Part shown: positions 46,747 through 56,006 of the stretch, piece after piece | Numbering within the stretch: the stretch's first letter is position 1 | Layout of the letters: each line of letters opens with the position of its first letter | Assembly (NCBI GenBank): GCA_964641545.1 | Contig: CAZXLT010000004.1 | Coordinates: forward strand, 1-62,628 | DNA: 62,628 nucleotides | From: an uncultured Candidatus Saccharibacteria bacterium | GTDB taxonomy: Bacteria; Patescibacteriota; Saccharimonadia; Saccharimonadales; AWTP1-31 | Reading direction: 5' to 3' | Translations under genes and position numbers: made by a program | The notes under the pieces: generated by a model | Databases searched by the model: none | What the model was told of the DNA's origin: nothing | What the model saw: the letters and a program-made list of their open reading frames with translations, nothing else

Positions 46747-47901
46747 ATGAACAAATTTTCAACAATCGCCAAAGCAGCTGCCGTATCGGCAACCGCCCTT
46801 TTGGCTGCAGTGTTTGCAACCACCGGTGTTGCACAGGCAACCATCCCGTACGATGGTCCGAACACACCAAACAGCCCAGTCCCTGCATTTAACCAGTACA
46901 CTGGTACGCCAGTTTCTGGTGACGAGCCTGACTTCCTACGTGGAAAAGTCGATGGCGACACAGGTGACAGCAAGAACGATGTAAGCAGCACCTGCGAAAC
47001 AGGTAAGCGCTTCCGACTTCGTGTGTATGTTCACAACAACGCCAGTGTTGCTGGCAACCAAGATGGCAACGGCCCAAGTGTTGCACACAACACCAAAGTA
47101 AAAGTTAACGGTGTTGAAGGTGCGCAAGGCTCTAGCTTTGTTCCTTCAGCTACTATTTCAGCAAGCAACGCCGCAAGCGTAAGCGACACCATGAACATTA
47201 CCTGTTCTGACGGTAAGCAAGTTAGCATGAAATATGTCCGTGGTTCTGCACAACAGTACAGCGGCACAACTGGTACTGTTGGCATCTCAGATGACATCGT
47301 GCTTGGCAACGGCGCCGCTATTGGTAGCAAAGCTGTTGACGGCAAAATGTACGGTTGTTGGGATGAGCGTGTGTGGGTAACGCTGGTTGTAGAAGTTAAG
47401 GAAGTTCCAAAAGAAGTTCCTAGCTCAGCGATCTGTATTGTAGATGACAAGTTCTTCAAAGTAGTTGGTCGAACAGTAACGATTACTGTAGATGCCCAAC
47501 TGCAGAACGCTACCAAAACTGGTAAGTACGAAATCAACTGGGGCGATGGCTCTGCTGTAAGCACTAAGCAATCAGACAGCCATACCTATACTGCTGACGG
47601 TAGCTACACTATCAACGCACGAGTTGAGGTAAAGCTAGCCGATGGTACCGTAAAGTGGGTGAGCGGCGGTAGCTGTACGCAGCAAGTTACCTTTAAACAA
47701 GGCAACCCAACCTGCCCAATTCCTGGCAAAGAACACCTGCCAGTCGATAGCCCCGAATGTAAGAAAGTTACAACTGTAACTCCTCCTGCAAACGGTAAGC
47801 TGTCAGACACTGGTCCTGGCGACACTGCTGGTTTGTTCGCCGGTGTAAGCGGCCTTGGTGCTGCTGTACACAACTTCGTTACTCGACGCCGTCGTAAGTA
47901 A
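46747..47901 (+). CDS. Secreted PKD-domain protein with C-terminal LxxTG anchor
   Basis: Signal peptide; PKD motif YEINWGDG...HTYTADGSYTI; LSDTGPG + hydrophobic helix + RRRRK; SD AAGGAG. Confidence 0.82.
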   Translation: MNKFSTIAKAAAVSATALLAAVFATTGVAQATIPYDGPNTPNSPVPAFNQYTGTPVSGDEPDFLRGKVDGDTGDSKNDVSSTCETGKRFRLRVYVHNNASVAGNQDGNGPSVAHNTKVKVNGVEGAQGSSFVPSATISASNAASVSDTMNITCSDGKQVSMKYVRGSAQQYSGTTGTVGISDDIVLGNGAAIGSKAVDGKMYGCWDERVWVTLVVEVKEVPKEVPSSAICIVDDKFFKVVGRTVTITVDAQLQNATKTGKYEINWGDGSAVSTKQSDSHTYTADGSYTINARVEVKLADGTVKWVSGGSCTQQVTFKQGNPTCPIPGKEHLPVDSPECKKVTTVTPPANGKLSDTGPGDTAGLFAGVSGLGAAVHNFVTRRRRK

Positions 47902-47922
47902 CACACCTAGCTGTGACAAGCA

Positions 47923-47951
47923 AAAAGAGAGCTCAACACGAGCTCTCTTTT
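47923..47951. terminator. Bidirectional intrinsic terminator
   Basis: 12-bp stem aaaagagagctc/gagctctctttt between convergent genes. Confidence 0.85.
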
Positions 47952-47966
47952 ATTTTCTAGGTTACT

Positions 47967-48470
47967 TTAGTTTTGTTTCGGTCCAGTCCCTTCAACGTAA
48001 TCATCTTTGGTAATTAGACCGACATTAAAGACATTTATCTTCCATTTGCCATCTTCCTTGACAACGGTGGCTAAGAACGGCGTGCCTTCTGCTTTGCTAT
48101 CTTCGGTCGTAATGCGTCCTGTAATTGCGCCTGACTTTTTGCCAAGCTTGGTGGCTACTATTTTTGCTTCGGTTTCTGATCTAGCTTCGCCAGCATCGGT
48201 TGATGCAGCAAGCGTAACTCCTGGTAATTGTTTGAGAGCCTTCGATTCTAAAGAAGCGAGCCTTTTGTTGTCACCCTTAGATTGAGCTTCGTAATACGTT
48301 TGAACTAGACGGTTAACCTGTGCATTGCTAGAAAAGTATGACCGATAGCTGATTCCTCCCAGGGCAACAAGGAGGGTAAGAGACAATAACCCAATACTGA
48401 TATTTTTTAAACGCCCTTTGTTATTGTCAGCGAACCCATTATATTGATTTGTGTAATTTTGTGTAAACAT
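47967..48470 (-). CDS. Membrane-anchored NTF2/DUF4878-like protein
   Basis: N-terminal TM; LVQTYYEA...VVKEDGKWKI. Confidence 0.6.
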   Translation of the reverse strand: MFTQNYTNQYNGFADNNKGRLKNISIGLLSLTLLVALGGISYRSYFSSNAQVNRLVQTYYEAQSKGDNKRLASLESKALKQLPGVTLAASTDAGEARSETEAKIVATKLGKKSGAITGRITTEDSKAEGTPFLATVVKEDGKWKINVFNVGLITKDDYVEGTGPKQN

Positions 48471-48478
48471 AATACTCC

Positions 48479-50125
48479 TTAAGGTCTGGTTGCCATGTAG
48501 GCTTTATTTGAGGTCTTAAGGCCGGGGACCAGTGACTCCACAGCCGCCTGGCTGATGTTTTCGGTCCATGCATCAGTAGTTACCCAGCTATTTCTAAAGC
48601 CACCTCCACTTGGGTTACGTACACTCTTTTGTGCTTTACAGATGCCGTCTCCCGCAAAAGTATATCCTGCAAACGTCCAAAAAGTAGCTTTATTGTCTAT
48701 CGCCGGATATAGAATGGACACACAGTAACCCGTTTTCCCAGGAGTTATACCACCATCATTAGCTCCGAAAACAGGATTAGCACCGTTCCTTTCGAAGTCC
48801 AAACTAACTACGTATGCACGAGGTAAAACCGATATTTTAGTGGGATCTCCTTCTTGGAGTGTATTTACTGCCGCTGCAAAGTCGGCAAGTTGTTGGTCGC
48901 GTTGTCTTTGTTGTTCCTCAGCGCGCTCGACTCGTTGCCGTTCTTGCTCTTGTCGTATCGTTGCTACCATAGCGTCGGCATCGTTCTTGGCTGCAGCCTG
49001 GGCTGCAAGCTTAATGTGGTTCCATATAACATCGGTTACGATTCCGTTGTAACTGCCCTGCGGAAGCCCAGTAATAACACTGGTAACGTTGATGGTATAG
49101 CGTAGATAGTCGTCTAACGCAGCATCAAAGTTTGCATCGCTAAACTTGATCTGTGCTTTTACCGCTTCACGGTTGGCTGCTGGAGCTAACACGATTAGGT
49201 AGTATTTGAGCTGTTTGACACAGTCTCCCTTAGACCCGACCTTTAGTGGAGTTGTTGCACAGTCTACAGCCGGGGCAGGTGGTGTGGCAGGCGGTGTTGT
49301 TTTTGGAAGTGTGGTAACAGGAGTTTTAGGAGTTGCGGGTGGCGTCTTTGGAGTTGTTGATACGGCGGGCGGTACAATGCCCGTGCATTTATTTCCTCCG
49401 TTGTAGTAGGCAGTTGAGAACATGATTATGTCCCATAAACGTGGGGAAACTACATTGGCGTAGCCGGTAGACTTTGCTTCGTCACCCAGGTTGCCGGCTG
49501 CAACTGTCCAGGCTATGTATGAATTGGTGTTGTCGTCGAAATTCTTTCCGCCAGTAAGTGGTTGTTTGTTGTAGCACTTCTTTACTACGACATTCATTGC
49601 TGCATTAAGTAAGCTTACGCAGTCCCCGTTGCTTCCTGTGTGAAGATTCTGGTCTTTGCAGGCAACGGGATTATCGGCTGGCGCTGGGGTAGGGGCAGGC
49701 GCAGGTGTTGGTGTGGGTGGCGGTGCCGGTGGGTGAAGTTTGGCGTCTACAAAGTCTTTAAGCGTGTTATAGATACATGGAGTAACGCCGTTTGCGGGCA
49801 CATAGGTACCGCAGCCGTTAAATAGTCCAACATTATTAAGGTTGAGCAGTGTTTGGTTAAGCGTTCCATCAAACCCAGGGTTGCCGGCATCGTTGGCATT
49901 GGCGCTTACCGCAATGTTAGCGAGGTTCTTCACAATCTTTACGCAGTCGTGCGTCATAAAGACTTTTACGTTGCTATCCGTACAGGCGTCTGGTGTTGCA
50001 GCACTCGAAAAATTTAAAACGTAAATTCCAACACTGGCAACAACCGCGGTCGAAATAACCATCATAAACTTACTAAATCTGCTTGAAGCTCTTGAACGAA
50101 GGGTTTGTTTTTTCTTTTTGGGCAC
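48479..50125 (-). CDS. Secreted protein with peptidoglycan-binding-like repeats and Pro/Thr linkers
   Basis: N-terminal TM; LHTGSNGDCVSLL and LKVGSKGDCVKQLK resemble PG_binding_1 helices; Gln/Arg coiled coil. Confidence 0.6.
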   Translation of the reverse strand: MPKKKKQTLRSRASSRFSKFMMVISTAVVASVGIYVLNFSSAATPDACTDSNVKVFMTHDCVKIVKNLANIAVSANANDAGNPGFDGTLNQTLLNLNNVGLFNGCGTYVPANGVTPCIYNTLKDFVDAKLHPPAPPPTPTPAPAPTPAPADNPVACKDQNLHTGSNGDCVSLLNAAMNVVVKKCYNKQPLTGGKNFDDNTNSYIAWTVAAGNLGDEAKSTGYANVVSPRLWDIIMFSTAYYNGGNKCTGIVPPAVSTTPKTPPATPKTPVTTLPKTTPPATPPAPAVDCATTPLKVGSKGDCVKQLKYYLIVLAPAANREAVKAQIKFSDANFDAALDDYLRYTINVTSVITGLPQGSYNGIVTDVIWNHIKLAAQAAAKNDADAMVATIRQEQERQRVERAEEQQRQRDQQLADFAAAVNTLQEGDPTKISVLPRAYVVSLDFERNGANPVFGANDGGITPGKTGYCVSILYPAIDNKATFWTFAGYTFAGDGICKAQKSVRNPSGGGFRNSWVTTDAWTENISQAAVESLVPGLKTSNKAYMATRP

Positions 50126-50285
50126 GCTAGTAATACCTTTTTATTTTTTTATTCTTACCGTTATGATCCACCAATCAGAAATATTTGTCAAACCGCATGT
50201 GGATAAGTGACTAGCATTCTAGGCAAAAGTGTGGTATTGTAAAACTAAGCTAGAGTAATCGTGACTGACCGCTCTTCTCGTTGAT

Positions 50286-50317
50286 AACTCCCCGTGCATA
50301 AGGGGAGTTTCTTTTTT
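50286..50317 (+). terminator. Intrinsic terminator of a short intergenic transcript
   Basis: aactcccc/ggggagtt stem followed by TCTTTTTT. Confidence 0.7.
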
Positions 50318-50327
50318 ACCCCTGTTA

Positions 50328-50336
50328 TGCTATAAT
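50328..50336 (+). promoter_or_regulatory. Extended -10 promoter upstream of the structured leader and tRNA-Glu
   Basis: TGcTATAAT. Confidence 0.65.
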
Positions 50337-50475
50337 CAATCGGTATTTTCCCATGGGGTCCCCAAGTCGAGGGGATTCGACTTGGGGAGAGGAACTGGCT
50401 TGGTGGGTTTGCAAGTAGTGCCAAGCAAACTTGTTTTGTTGGCACTATGACAAACGCACCTTCACACGGTGACGA

Positions 50476-50550
50476 GGCCTCATCTTCTAACGGTTAGGAA
50501 TCCGGGTTTTCATCCCGGCAATAGGGGTTCGATTCCCCTTGAGGTCACCA
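50476..50550 (+). tRNA. tRNA-Glu (anticodon TTC)
   Basis: Acceptor GGCCTCA/TGAGGTC, anticodon arm CCGGG-TT TTC AT-CCCGG, T-arm GGTTCGATTCC, encoded CCA. Confidence 0.93.
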
Positions 50551-52225
50551 TAAGGGAATTATTAGCTCTAAGGAGCGCAAATATCGGATTCACCCCTGTA
50601 AAAAGGGGTGTTTTTTGTGTTCCAGAATTTATATCATCGTAACTGGGTGCTTTATCGAATAACGCGGCGAAAAACAGTGCTTTTTTAACCGGATCAATCT
50701 GTTTTAGTAATAATTCGTCGAGGTGTTCGACAAAATATTTGACGCGCGCCAGGACTCGGTCAATCGGAACGGGTTTCTTAGCCTCTAGTTCCACTTTCCG
50801 AGCCTCAAGCTCATTAACTTGCTGTTCGATCCTCATAAGATCCTCCTCCATGTATTTAATTGCTGTACTGCTTGAAAGCATTCTAAGTTTGTCTAACGCT
50901 AGTGTTGCTTGGCCTTGCAAATCAGAAACCTTGGCATCAATTGATTCAATTTGCATCTTGTATGATGCATTGGACTTCTCCCAAGATGCTTCAATGATCT
51001 TAAACAAGGCATCAAGCTTATCCGGTGCGATAGTTAAACCAGAAACAAACTCTGCAACCCTAGTTTCTAAATCTTCTTTAGTCACTCTGAAGTAGTGGCC
51101 ACGCTTGTTGCAGTGATATGCCGGATAGTATTTGCCACTCTTGCCCCGTGAGGCGCTGCCTAGCAGCGGTTTGTTACATTGTGGACACATAATGACCTTT
51201 CGGTATGCAAAGTCGCCGTTTCGACGACCCTTGTTTGCTAGATGTTCTGGAGGTGCCTTGTCGAATACGTAGACTTTGTTATTAACACCCTCTACGATTG
51301 TTCGTTTGCCACCGTTCGCTTTATTAAACGCTTCTACAGACACTAAACCTTTAAAGACACACTTAACCGGCTCGTTGTTAGTCCACTTTTCCATATTCAC
51401 ACCTGCATAAATAGGATTACGGACTAACCGCCATAAGTGCTTGGATGTCAGTTTTGTGCCACCTACTTTTTTAACAACTTTGCTCGTATCAGTCTTACTA
51501 CGTATGTATTTAATGCGACCCTGATATCCGCTCTCATTGAGCATCTTGGCTATTTGGCCATCACTATATTTGCCAAGTGCTCGGAGCTCAAACATACGAA
51601 TTATAAACTTAGATTCTTCAGGGTGAGGGACAAGGATTGTTCGTTTACCGTTTTGAGTGTCTATTTTTTCACTCATAAATCCAAAAGGCGCCTGTCGCAT
51701 CCAGTAACCCATTTGGGTGTAGCGGATTTCGGCACCGATCATACGACTCATAATATCTCGAAGTTCGTCTTTGGATCGTTCAGCTTCAAGAATCTCGGAC
51801 TTTTTACTAGGCGAGTACACACTCCACTTATACTCGAAGCCGAGGTGATCGAGTGTATTAACTGTCTGTGAACTTATTACACCGTAAATGTCTATGAGAC
51901 GTACATTGTTTGCCTCTAACTGGTTTTTAAGAAGGTCATACGACAGTGAACCACCACGGGTAAATCGATCGATCGACTTGATAATAAATAAATCTATTCC
52001 ATTCTTTGGGTCTACGCAGTAATCGATAGCTTCTTGCATCGGTTGCTGTTCCTTACTGGCTGACTCTAGGAATACAAAGAATTTTTTAATTGTGATGCCT
52101 TTATTCTCGGCAAATCGCTCAGCTTGTTCTTTTTGGGCTTCTGGGGAATCACCATCAGTACCTTGCTTTGTAGTCGATACACGAATAGCGACAACGGCAT
52201 TCGTGCCTTTTACGCTGTCTTGCAT
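50510..52225 (-). CDS. Large serine recombinase (resolvase + recombinase + zinc-ribbon + coiled coil)
   Basis: AIRVSTTKQ (catalytic Ser), SIDRFTR, APFGF, NPIYAG, CPQC...YHC; the C-terminus reads antisense through tRNA-Glu. Confidence 0.9.
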   Translation of the reverse strand: MQDSVKGTNAVVAIRVSTTKQGTDGDSPEAQKEQAERFAENKGITIKKFFVFLESASKEQQPMQEAIDYCVDPKNGIDLFIIKSIDRFTRGGSLSYDLLKNQLEANNVRLIDIYGVISSQTVNTLDHLGFEYKWSVYSPSKKSEILEAERSKDELRDIMSRMIGAEIRYTQMGYWMRQAPFGFMSEKIDTQNGKRTILVPHPEESKFIIRMFELRALGKYSDGQIAKMLNESGYQGRIKYIRSKTDTSKVVKKVGGTKLTSKHLWRLVRNPIYAGVNMEKWTNNEPVKCVFKGLVSVEAFNKANGGKRTIVEGVNNKVYVFDKAPPEHLANKGRRNGDFAYRKVIMCPQCNKPLLGSASRGKSGKYYPAYHCNKRGHYFRVTKEDLETRVAEFVSGLTIAPDKLDALFKIIEASWEKSNASYKMQIESIDAKVSDLQGQATLALDKLRMLSSSTAIKYMEEDLMRIEQQVNELEARKVELEAKKPVPIDRVLARVKYFVEHLDELLLKQIDPVKKALFFAALFDKAPSYDDINSGTQKTPLFTGVNPIFALLRANNSLMVTSRGIEPLLPG

Positions 52226-52368
52226 CGTTTCTTCCTCCGCCTGGTATTAAACTCAGACGCTACAAGCTCATACAAAAGATCAGCCACCACCCGCAATTTG
52301 TCTGGCTCTGAAAGTTTACAGCCTTCTGGTTGCTTATCTATGTTCTTTGAACCCTTGATTCTCCCCAT
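52210..52368 (-). CDS. Small basic protein coupled to the recombinase (not in the ORF track)
   Basis: 52 aa MGRIKGSKNIDKQPEG...RRRKKRCKTA*; overlaps the recombinase start. Confidence 0.6.
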   Translation of the reverse strand: MGRIKGSKNIDKQPEGCKLSEPDKLRVVADLLYELVASEFNTRRRKKRCKTA

Positions 52369-52566
52369 ATTCACCCTCTGAGACACTATCCTTATATAAG
52401 ATAGTATACTATACGTAATATGGATAGTTCAATACTATTAAGACCGTATTATTGTCAACATATTATAAAACTACGGTGTTTTATATAATCTTATGTATTA
52501 ACAGATTAAAATCAGTATTTATTCCTCTTTCTATTATATATAATATAAAGATCTTAGAGAATATAG

Positions 52567-53361
52567 GTGGGAGAAAAGCCACGAGAAGTACGAGCCAAAG
52601 CCATGCCAAGAAAATCACAATTCAATACCCTCAATGATAAACAGATACATTTGTTAAAACTTACATACAAATTTCGCTTTGTCACAGCTCCATTACTAGC
52701 CAAGTACAAAGACTTAAAGAGTCGGAGTTCAATGTATACGACATTAGAGCGTTTAGCTGAGCAAGAGTACCTAGGTAAGTTCAAAACAAAAAACGAGGGC
52801 TTTCAAAATAAAGGCACTCGTTACTACCTCACCACAAAAGGACTCAGTTATCTCTCCTCAAACCACGGCATTGGCGCCCATATGGCAAAAGCTATTGGCG
52901 GCAACCGAAACGTTACTGAACGCTTCAAAGACCAGCACATTGCCGACTTACGCCTCTACCTTCAAATTGAAGACACTTATCCAGGTCAATTTGAAATCTA
53001 CACCCGCACAGAAATTGCTGGCCAGAAACACTTTCCTACACCACTACCAGACCTATACTTAATGAGAAGTAAGCCAGTAGACGATAAGCTTAATGAATTC
53101 TTTTTGTTTGATATAACCTCTAAGCCATTTTACGAGTTCAAAAAGGATTTTCCAAAACTAATCGAGCACCTCGACACGGAAGTTTGGGAGAAGAAGACTG
53201 GCCGACCTTATCCTGGAGTTTTATTAGTATGTGCAGACTCAAGGCAAGAGTTCGTAGTACAAAAATATGTCTCTGTAACCCTAGAAAATACTGGTATCGA
53301 AGAACTAAAAGTTCAGACGTTTTCTTCACTAACTAATTTAACAAATGTGAAATATCTATAA
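52567..53361 (+). CDS. Replication-relaxation family protein
   Basis: LLKLTYKFRFVTAPLLAKY..LERLAEQEYL wHTH-like N-terminus; PLPDLYL nuclease-like core; the start may be ATG 52603. Confidence 0.75.
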   Translation: MGEKPREVRAKAMPRKSQFNTLNDKQIHLLKLTYKFRFVTAPLLAKYKDLKSRSSMYTTLERLAEQEYLGKFKTKNEGFQNKGTRYYLTTKGLSYLSSNHGIGAHMAKAIGGNRNVTERFKDQHIADLRLYLQIEDTYPGQFEIYTRTEIAGQKHFPTPLPDLYLMRSKPVDDKLNEFFLFDITSKPFYEFKKDFPKLIEHLDTEVWEKKTGRPYPGVLLVCADSRQEFVVQKYVSVTLENTGIEELKVQTFSSLTNLTNVKYL

Positions 53362-53368
53362 GTAACAA

Positions 53369-54529
53369 TCAAACTTTGTTTTTAAATGTAGATCGGTAAA
53401 TGAAATATACTGGCAACAAACAGATATTACAGACCAATATGGATACACTCGGACTAAATCGGTCGGCAAGATAACCCGCAAAAACTAGGAAGACTGCTAA
53501 AAGTACACTAGTTACAAGTGAGTTGAGCGAGTCCATTGTTGCCCTTTGAGCGTCGGTGAACTCCTGATGTATTAGGTGCTGTTTAGCAGTATCTGTTGGT
53601 CCATAGGGAGCGCCGTGGAGCATCATGACAAACGGTGATGCAGCCGACGACAGGATCAAGGCGACAAACGAAACGATCCGCGAGAAGATCTCGCCGGCTA
53701 GGATAATAGTCGACGACTTGAATCGCTTCATAAACCGGTCACTGTTCTTGAAGCCAATGGTGCTCCAAATGTAGTTAGCAGAAAGCAAGCTGCCAACCCA
53801 AGAAAGTGGTACATATTGTCGGTAATATGCGGGCATCATGTTCCAGGACGCCCCACCAACACTTCCACTCAGGATTGAAGCAATGCTCAACATTCGCAAG
53901 TGTGTATTCTTTTTGTAGTATCGGTAAACATCGCCTAGGTGACTAAACACGTTGCCAGAAAGTGGTGAATGCCTGGGAGGCTCAATCATAGTGAATGTCA
54001 CCAGCACTGCCAGTGCCTGTGGCACGACCGAGATCCAAAGCACCAAGATGTAGGAGATCGAAGCCAACATCGTTCCTGCAATGGCCGAAATAATGCCCCC
54101 AACCTCAAGAGCAATGTTAGTCTTGCTGTAGTGACTATGAAAGTCATCTTTTACTCCAGCAGACCGAGCCGAGTCGTAGATGAGCGCGTTATTGTTACCA
54201 CTAAACAAGGCGAAGCTTAAACCCTGCATCGCTGCACCAACCAGCAGGATCCAGTAATTGGTTGTCGTGGCATAGATTAGCAGCCCAGCTAAGCTAGCCA
54301 GGGCACCGGCTTGCATACTAACAACTCGGCCAATACGATCAGACACAACACCGGTTGGAATCTCTAATACCGCCTGAGAAATTTGGACGAACGCCCAAAC
54401 ACTAGTACCTTTAGCGAATGAATTTAAGACATGCGAAAGATACAGCACCAGCACAATGTAGTAGGGCTGTACATTTGAAAGAAAGGTAAATCGGAACAAT
54501 GCCCCCATATTGTGTTTCAGTAAGTTCAT
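53369..54529 (-). CDS. MFS transporter
   Basis: LEIPTGVVSDRIGR motif A, FALFSGNNNALIYDS, RATMDS; about 12 TM. Confidence 0.9.
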   Translation of the reverse strand: MNLLKHNMGALFRFTFLSNVQPYYIVLVLYLSHVLNSFAKGTSVWAFVQISQAVLEIPTGVVSDRIGRVVSMQAGALASLAGLLIYATTTNYWILLVGAAMQGLSFALFSGNNNALIYDSARSAGVKDDFHSHYSKTNIALEVGGIISAIAGTMLASISYILVLWISVVPQALAVLVTFTMIEPPRHSPLSGNVFSHLGDVYRYYKKNTHLRMLSIASILSGSVGGASWNMMPAYYRQYVPLSWVGSLLSANYIWSTIGFKNSDRFMKRFKSSTIILAGEIFSRIVSFVALILSSAASPFVMMLHGAPYGPTDTAKQHLIHQEFTDAQRATMDSLNSLVTSVLLAVFLVFAGYLADRFSPSVSILVCNICLLPVYFIYRSTFKNKV

Positions 54530-55989
54530 AGTTTTAGTTCCTTGGTCGGTTTCAATTTCTTAGCAAAGTATTTGTCATGCGATGCAAACAAGATTGCACC
54601 GCGGTACTGCTGCAAGGCTGTTTCTATCTGTTCCCTTGTTGGAATATCCAGATGGTTGGTTGGCTCGTCCAGAATCAACAAATGGTGTGAGGCAAGCAGT
54701 AACTTTGCAAATCCAAGCTTTGCCTGCTGGCCACGAGATAGTTCGCTGACCTGTTTGTTCAGATCGTTTTTGGTAAGACCTAGGCTGCGGGCTTCGCGAA
54801 AGATGTTGGTCATCTGTGCTTCAGTTGCAGTTAAGTTCTCTAGCCCTGTCGAATCATGGTCTAGACCATCTACATCCTGAGAGAAATAGCCAACACTAAT
54901 ACCAGTTCCAAAAGTGACTTCACCTCTGTCGGCTTGGTTTCTACCTGCAGCAATTGTTAGTAGGGTTGTCTTGCCACTGCCGTTCTGTCCTTGGGTGTGA
55001 ATACGTTCACCCCCTCGAACTTCAAGGTCAACGTTCGAGAGCACTGGCTCCGGAAATCCCTTATATATTCCGTTTAATCGCAATACCAACTTATTACTAT
55101 CTACTTCACCACCAAGTACAATACGGTAGTCTTTGGCGAATTCGGGTCTTTCTATCTCGTCTAGTTGGCCTAGTCGCTTTTCTAATGCTCGTGCTTGCTG
55201 GCCAAACTTGTTAGTTACTCTGTTTCTAAAGAAATCTCGTTGGTACTTGTCGCCGTCGGATCGTTTGATGTGTTCGTGGGTGTGCTTTCCTTTTTCTCTT
55301 TGATCTCGGATTGCTTTGGTTAGTTGGTTGCGCTCATCGACATTCTGTTGGTAGCGTGCTCGTACGGCTGCTTCTTCTAGCTCTTTCTGTTCACGGTAGA
55401 AATCGTAATCTCCTCCATACTGGGTTAGCCTGCCGTTATGTAGCTCAGCAATTTTAGTTGCCGTGCTGTTAACAAACGTCCGGTCGTGACTAACTAACAA
55501 CACAGATCCGTCGTAAGTACTGATGAAGCCCTCTAGCCAATCTAGACCAGCGGCATCTAAGTTATTGGTAGGCTCGTCCAGAAGCAACAAAGACGGTTCG
55601 GGGTCTTGAGCCAAGACCACAGCAAAAGCTAGCCGAGTCTTTTGGCCGCCGCTTAATGTGCTTACGGCAGTACTCTGTTTTTTAGAACCTAGGCCAATCC
55701 TTTCTAGGGCGTAGTTAATCTGCCACGACTGAGCCGTAGCCGAAAAGCTTTCAGCGATTGTTTTCCCAAGTACTGCTTCCTGTGGGACATAGCCAATAAC
55801 ACCAGTGGCTTGAACGCTTCCGGAATCTGGCTTTAGTACTCCTCTTAGAATCTCCAATAGAGTTGTCTTACCAGCTCCGTTTTCGCCAATTAGAGCAACC
55901 ACCTCACCATGGTTAATGGCCAAGTTGACATCCTCAAGGACTGATTTGTTCGGGAATGATTTGTATATATGACGTAAGTTAAATGCCAT
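54526..55989 (-). CDS. ABC-F family ATPase (ribosome-associated; possible ribosomal protection protein)
   Basis: Two ABC cassettes (GENGAGKTT/LSGGQ/LLDEPTNNLD; GQNGSGKTT/LSRGQ/LDEPTNHLD), no TM, long interdomain linker; SD GGAGG before ATG 55989. Confidence 0.9.
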   Translation of the reverse strand: MAFNLRHIYKSFPNKSVLEDVNLAINHGEVVALIGENGAGKTTLLEILRGVLKPDSGSVQATGVIGYVPQEAVLGKTIAESFSATAQSWQINYALERIGLGSKKQSTAVSTLSGGQKTRLAFAVVLAQDPEPSLLLLDEPTNNLDAAGLDWLEGFISTYDGSVLLVSHDRTFVNSTATKIAELHNGRLTQYGGDYDFYREQKELEEAAVRARYQQNVDERNQLTKAIRDQREKGKHTHEHIKRSDGDKYQRDFFRNRVTNKFGQQARALEKRLGQLDEIERPEFAKDYRIVLGGEVDSNKLVLRLNGIYKGFPEPVLSNVDLEVRGGERIHTQGQNGSGKTTLLTIAAGRNQADRGEVTFGTGISVGYFSQDVDGLDHDSTGLENLTATEAQMTNIFREARSLGLTKNDLNKQVSELSRGQQAKLGFAKLLLASHHLLILDEPTNHLDIPTREQIETALQQYRGAILFASHDKYFAKKLKPTKELKL

Positions 55990-56006
55990 TACTTTATCCT
56001 CCAAAT

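Noticed and set aside
50259-50285. ZTP-riboswitch-like GTGACTG
   Set aside because: The rest of the consensus and the pseudoknot partner are absent, and no purine or folate gene follows.
50355-50381. tmRNA-like 5' signature (GGGG...GGATTCGAC)
   Set aside because: The motif lies within a self-contained hairpin, and there is no matching acceptor 3' strand, T-arm or tag ORF nearby.
50456-50472. tRNA-Val(CAC)-like anticodon arm
   Set aside because: Only a 4-bp stem with a 7-nt loop. There is no D-arm, T-arm or acceptor of its own.
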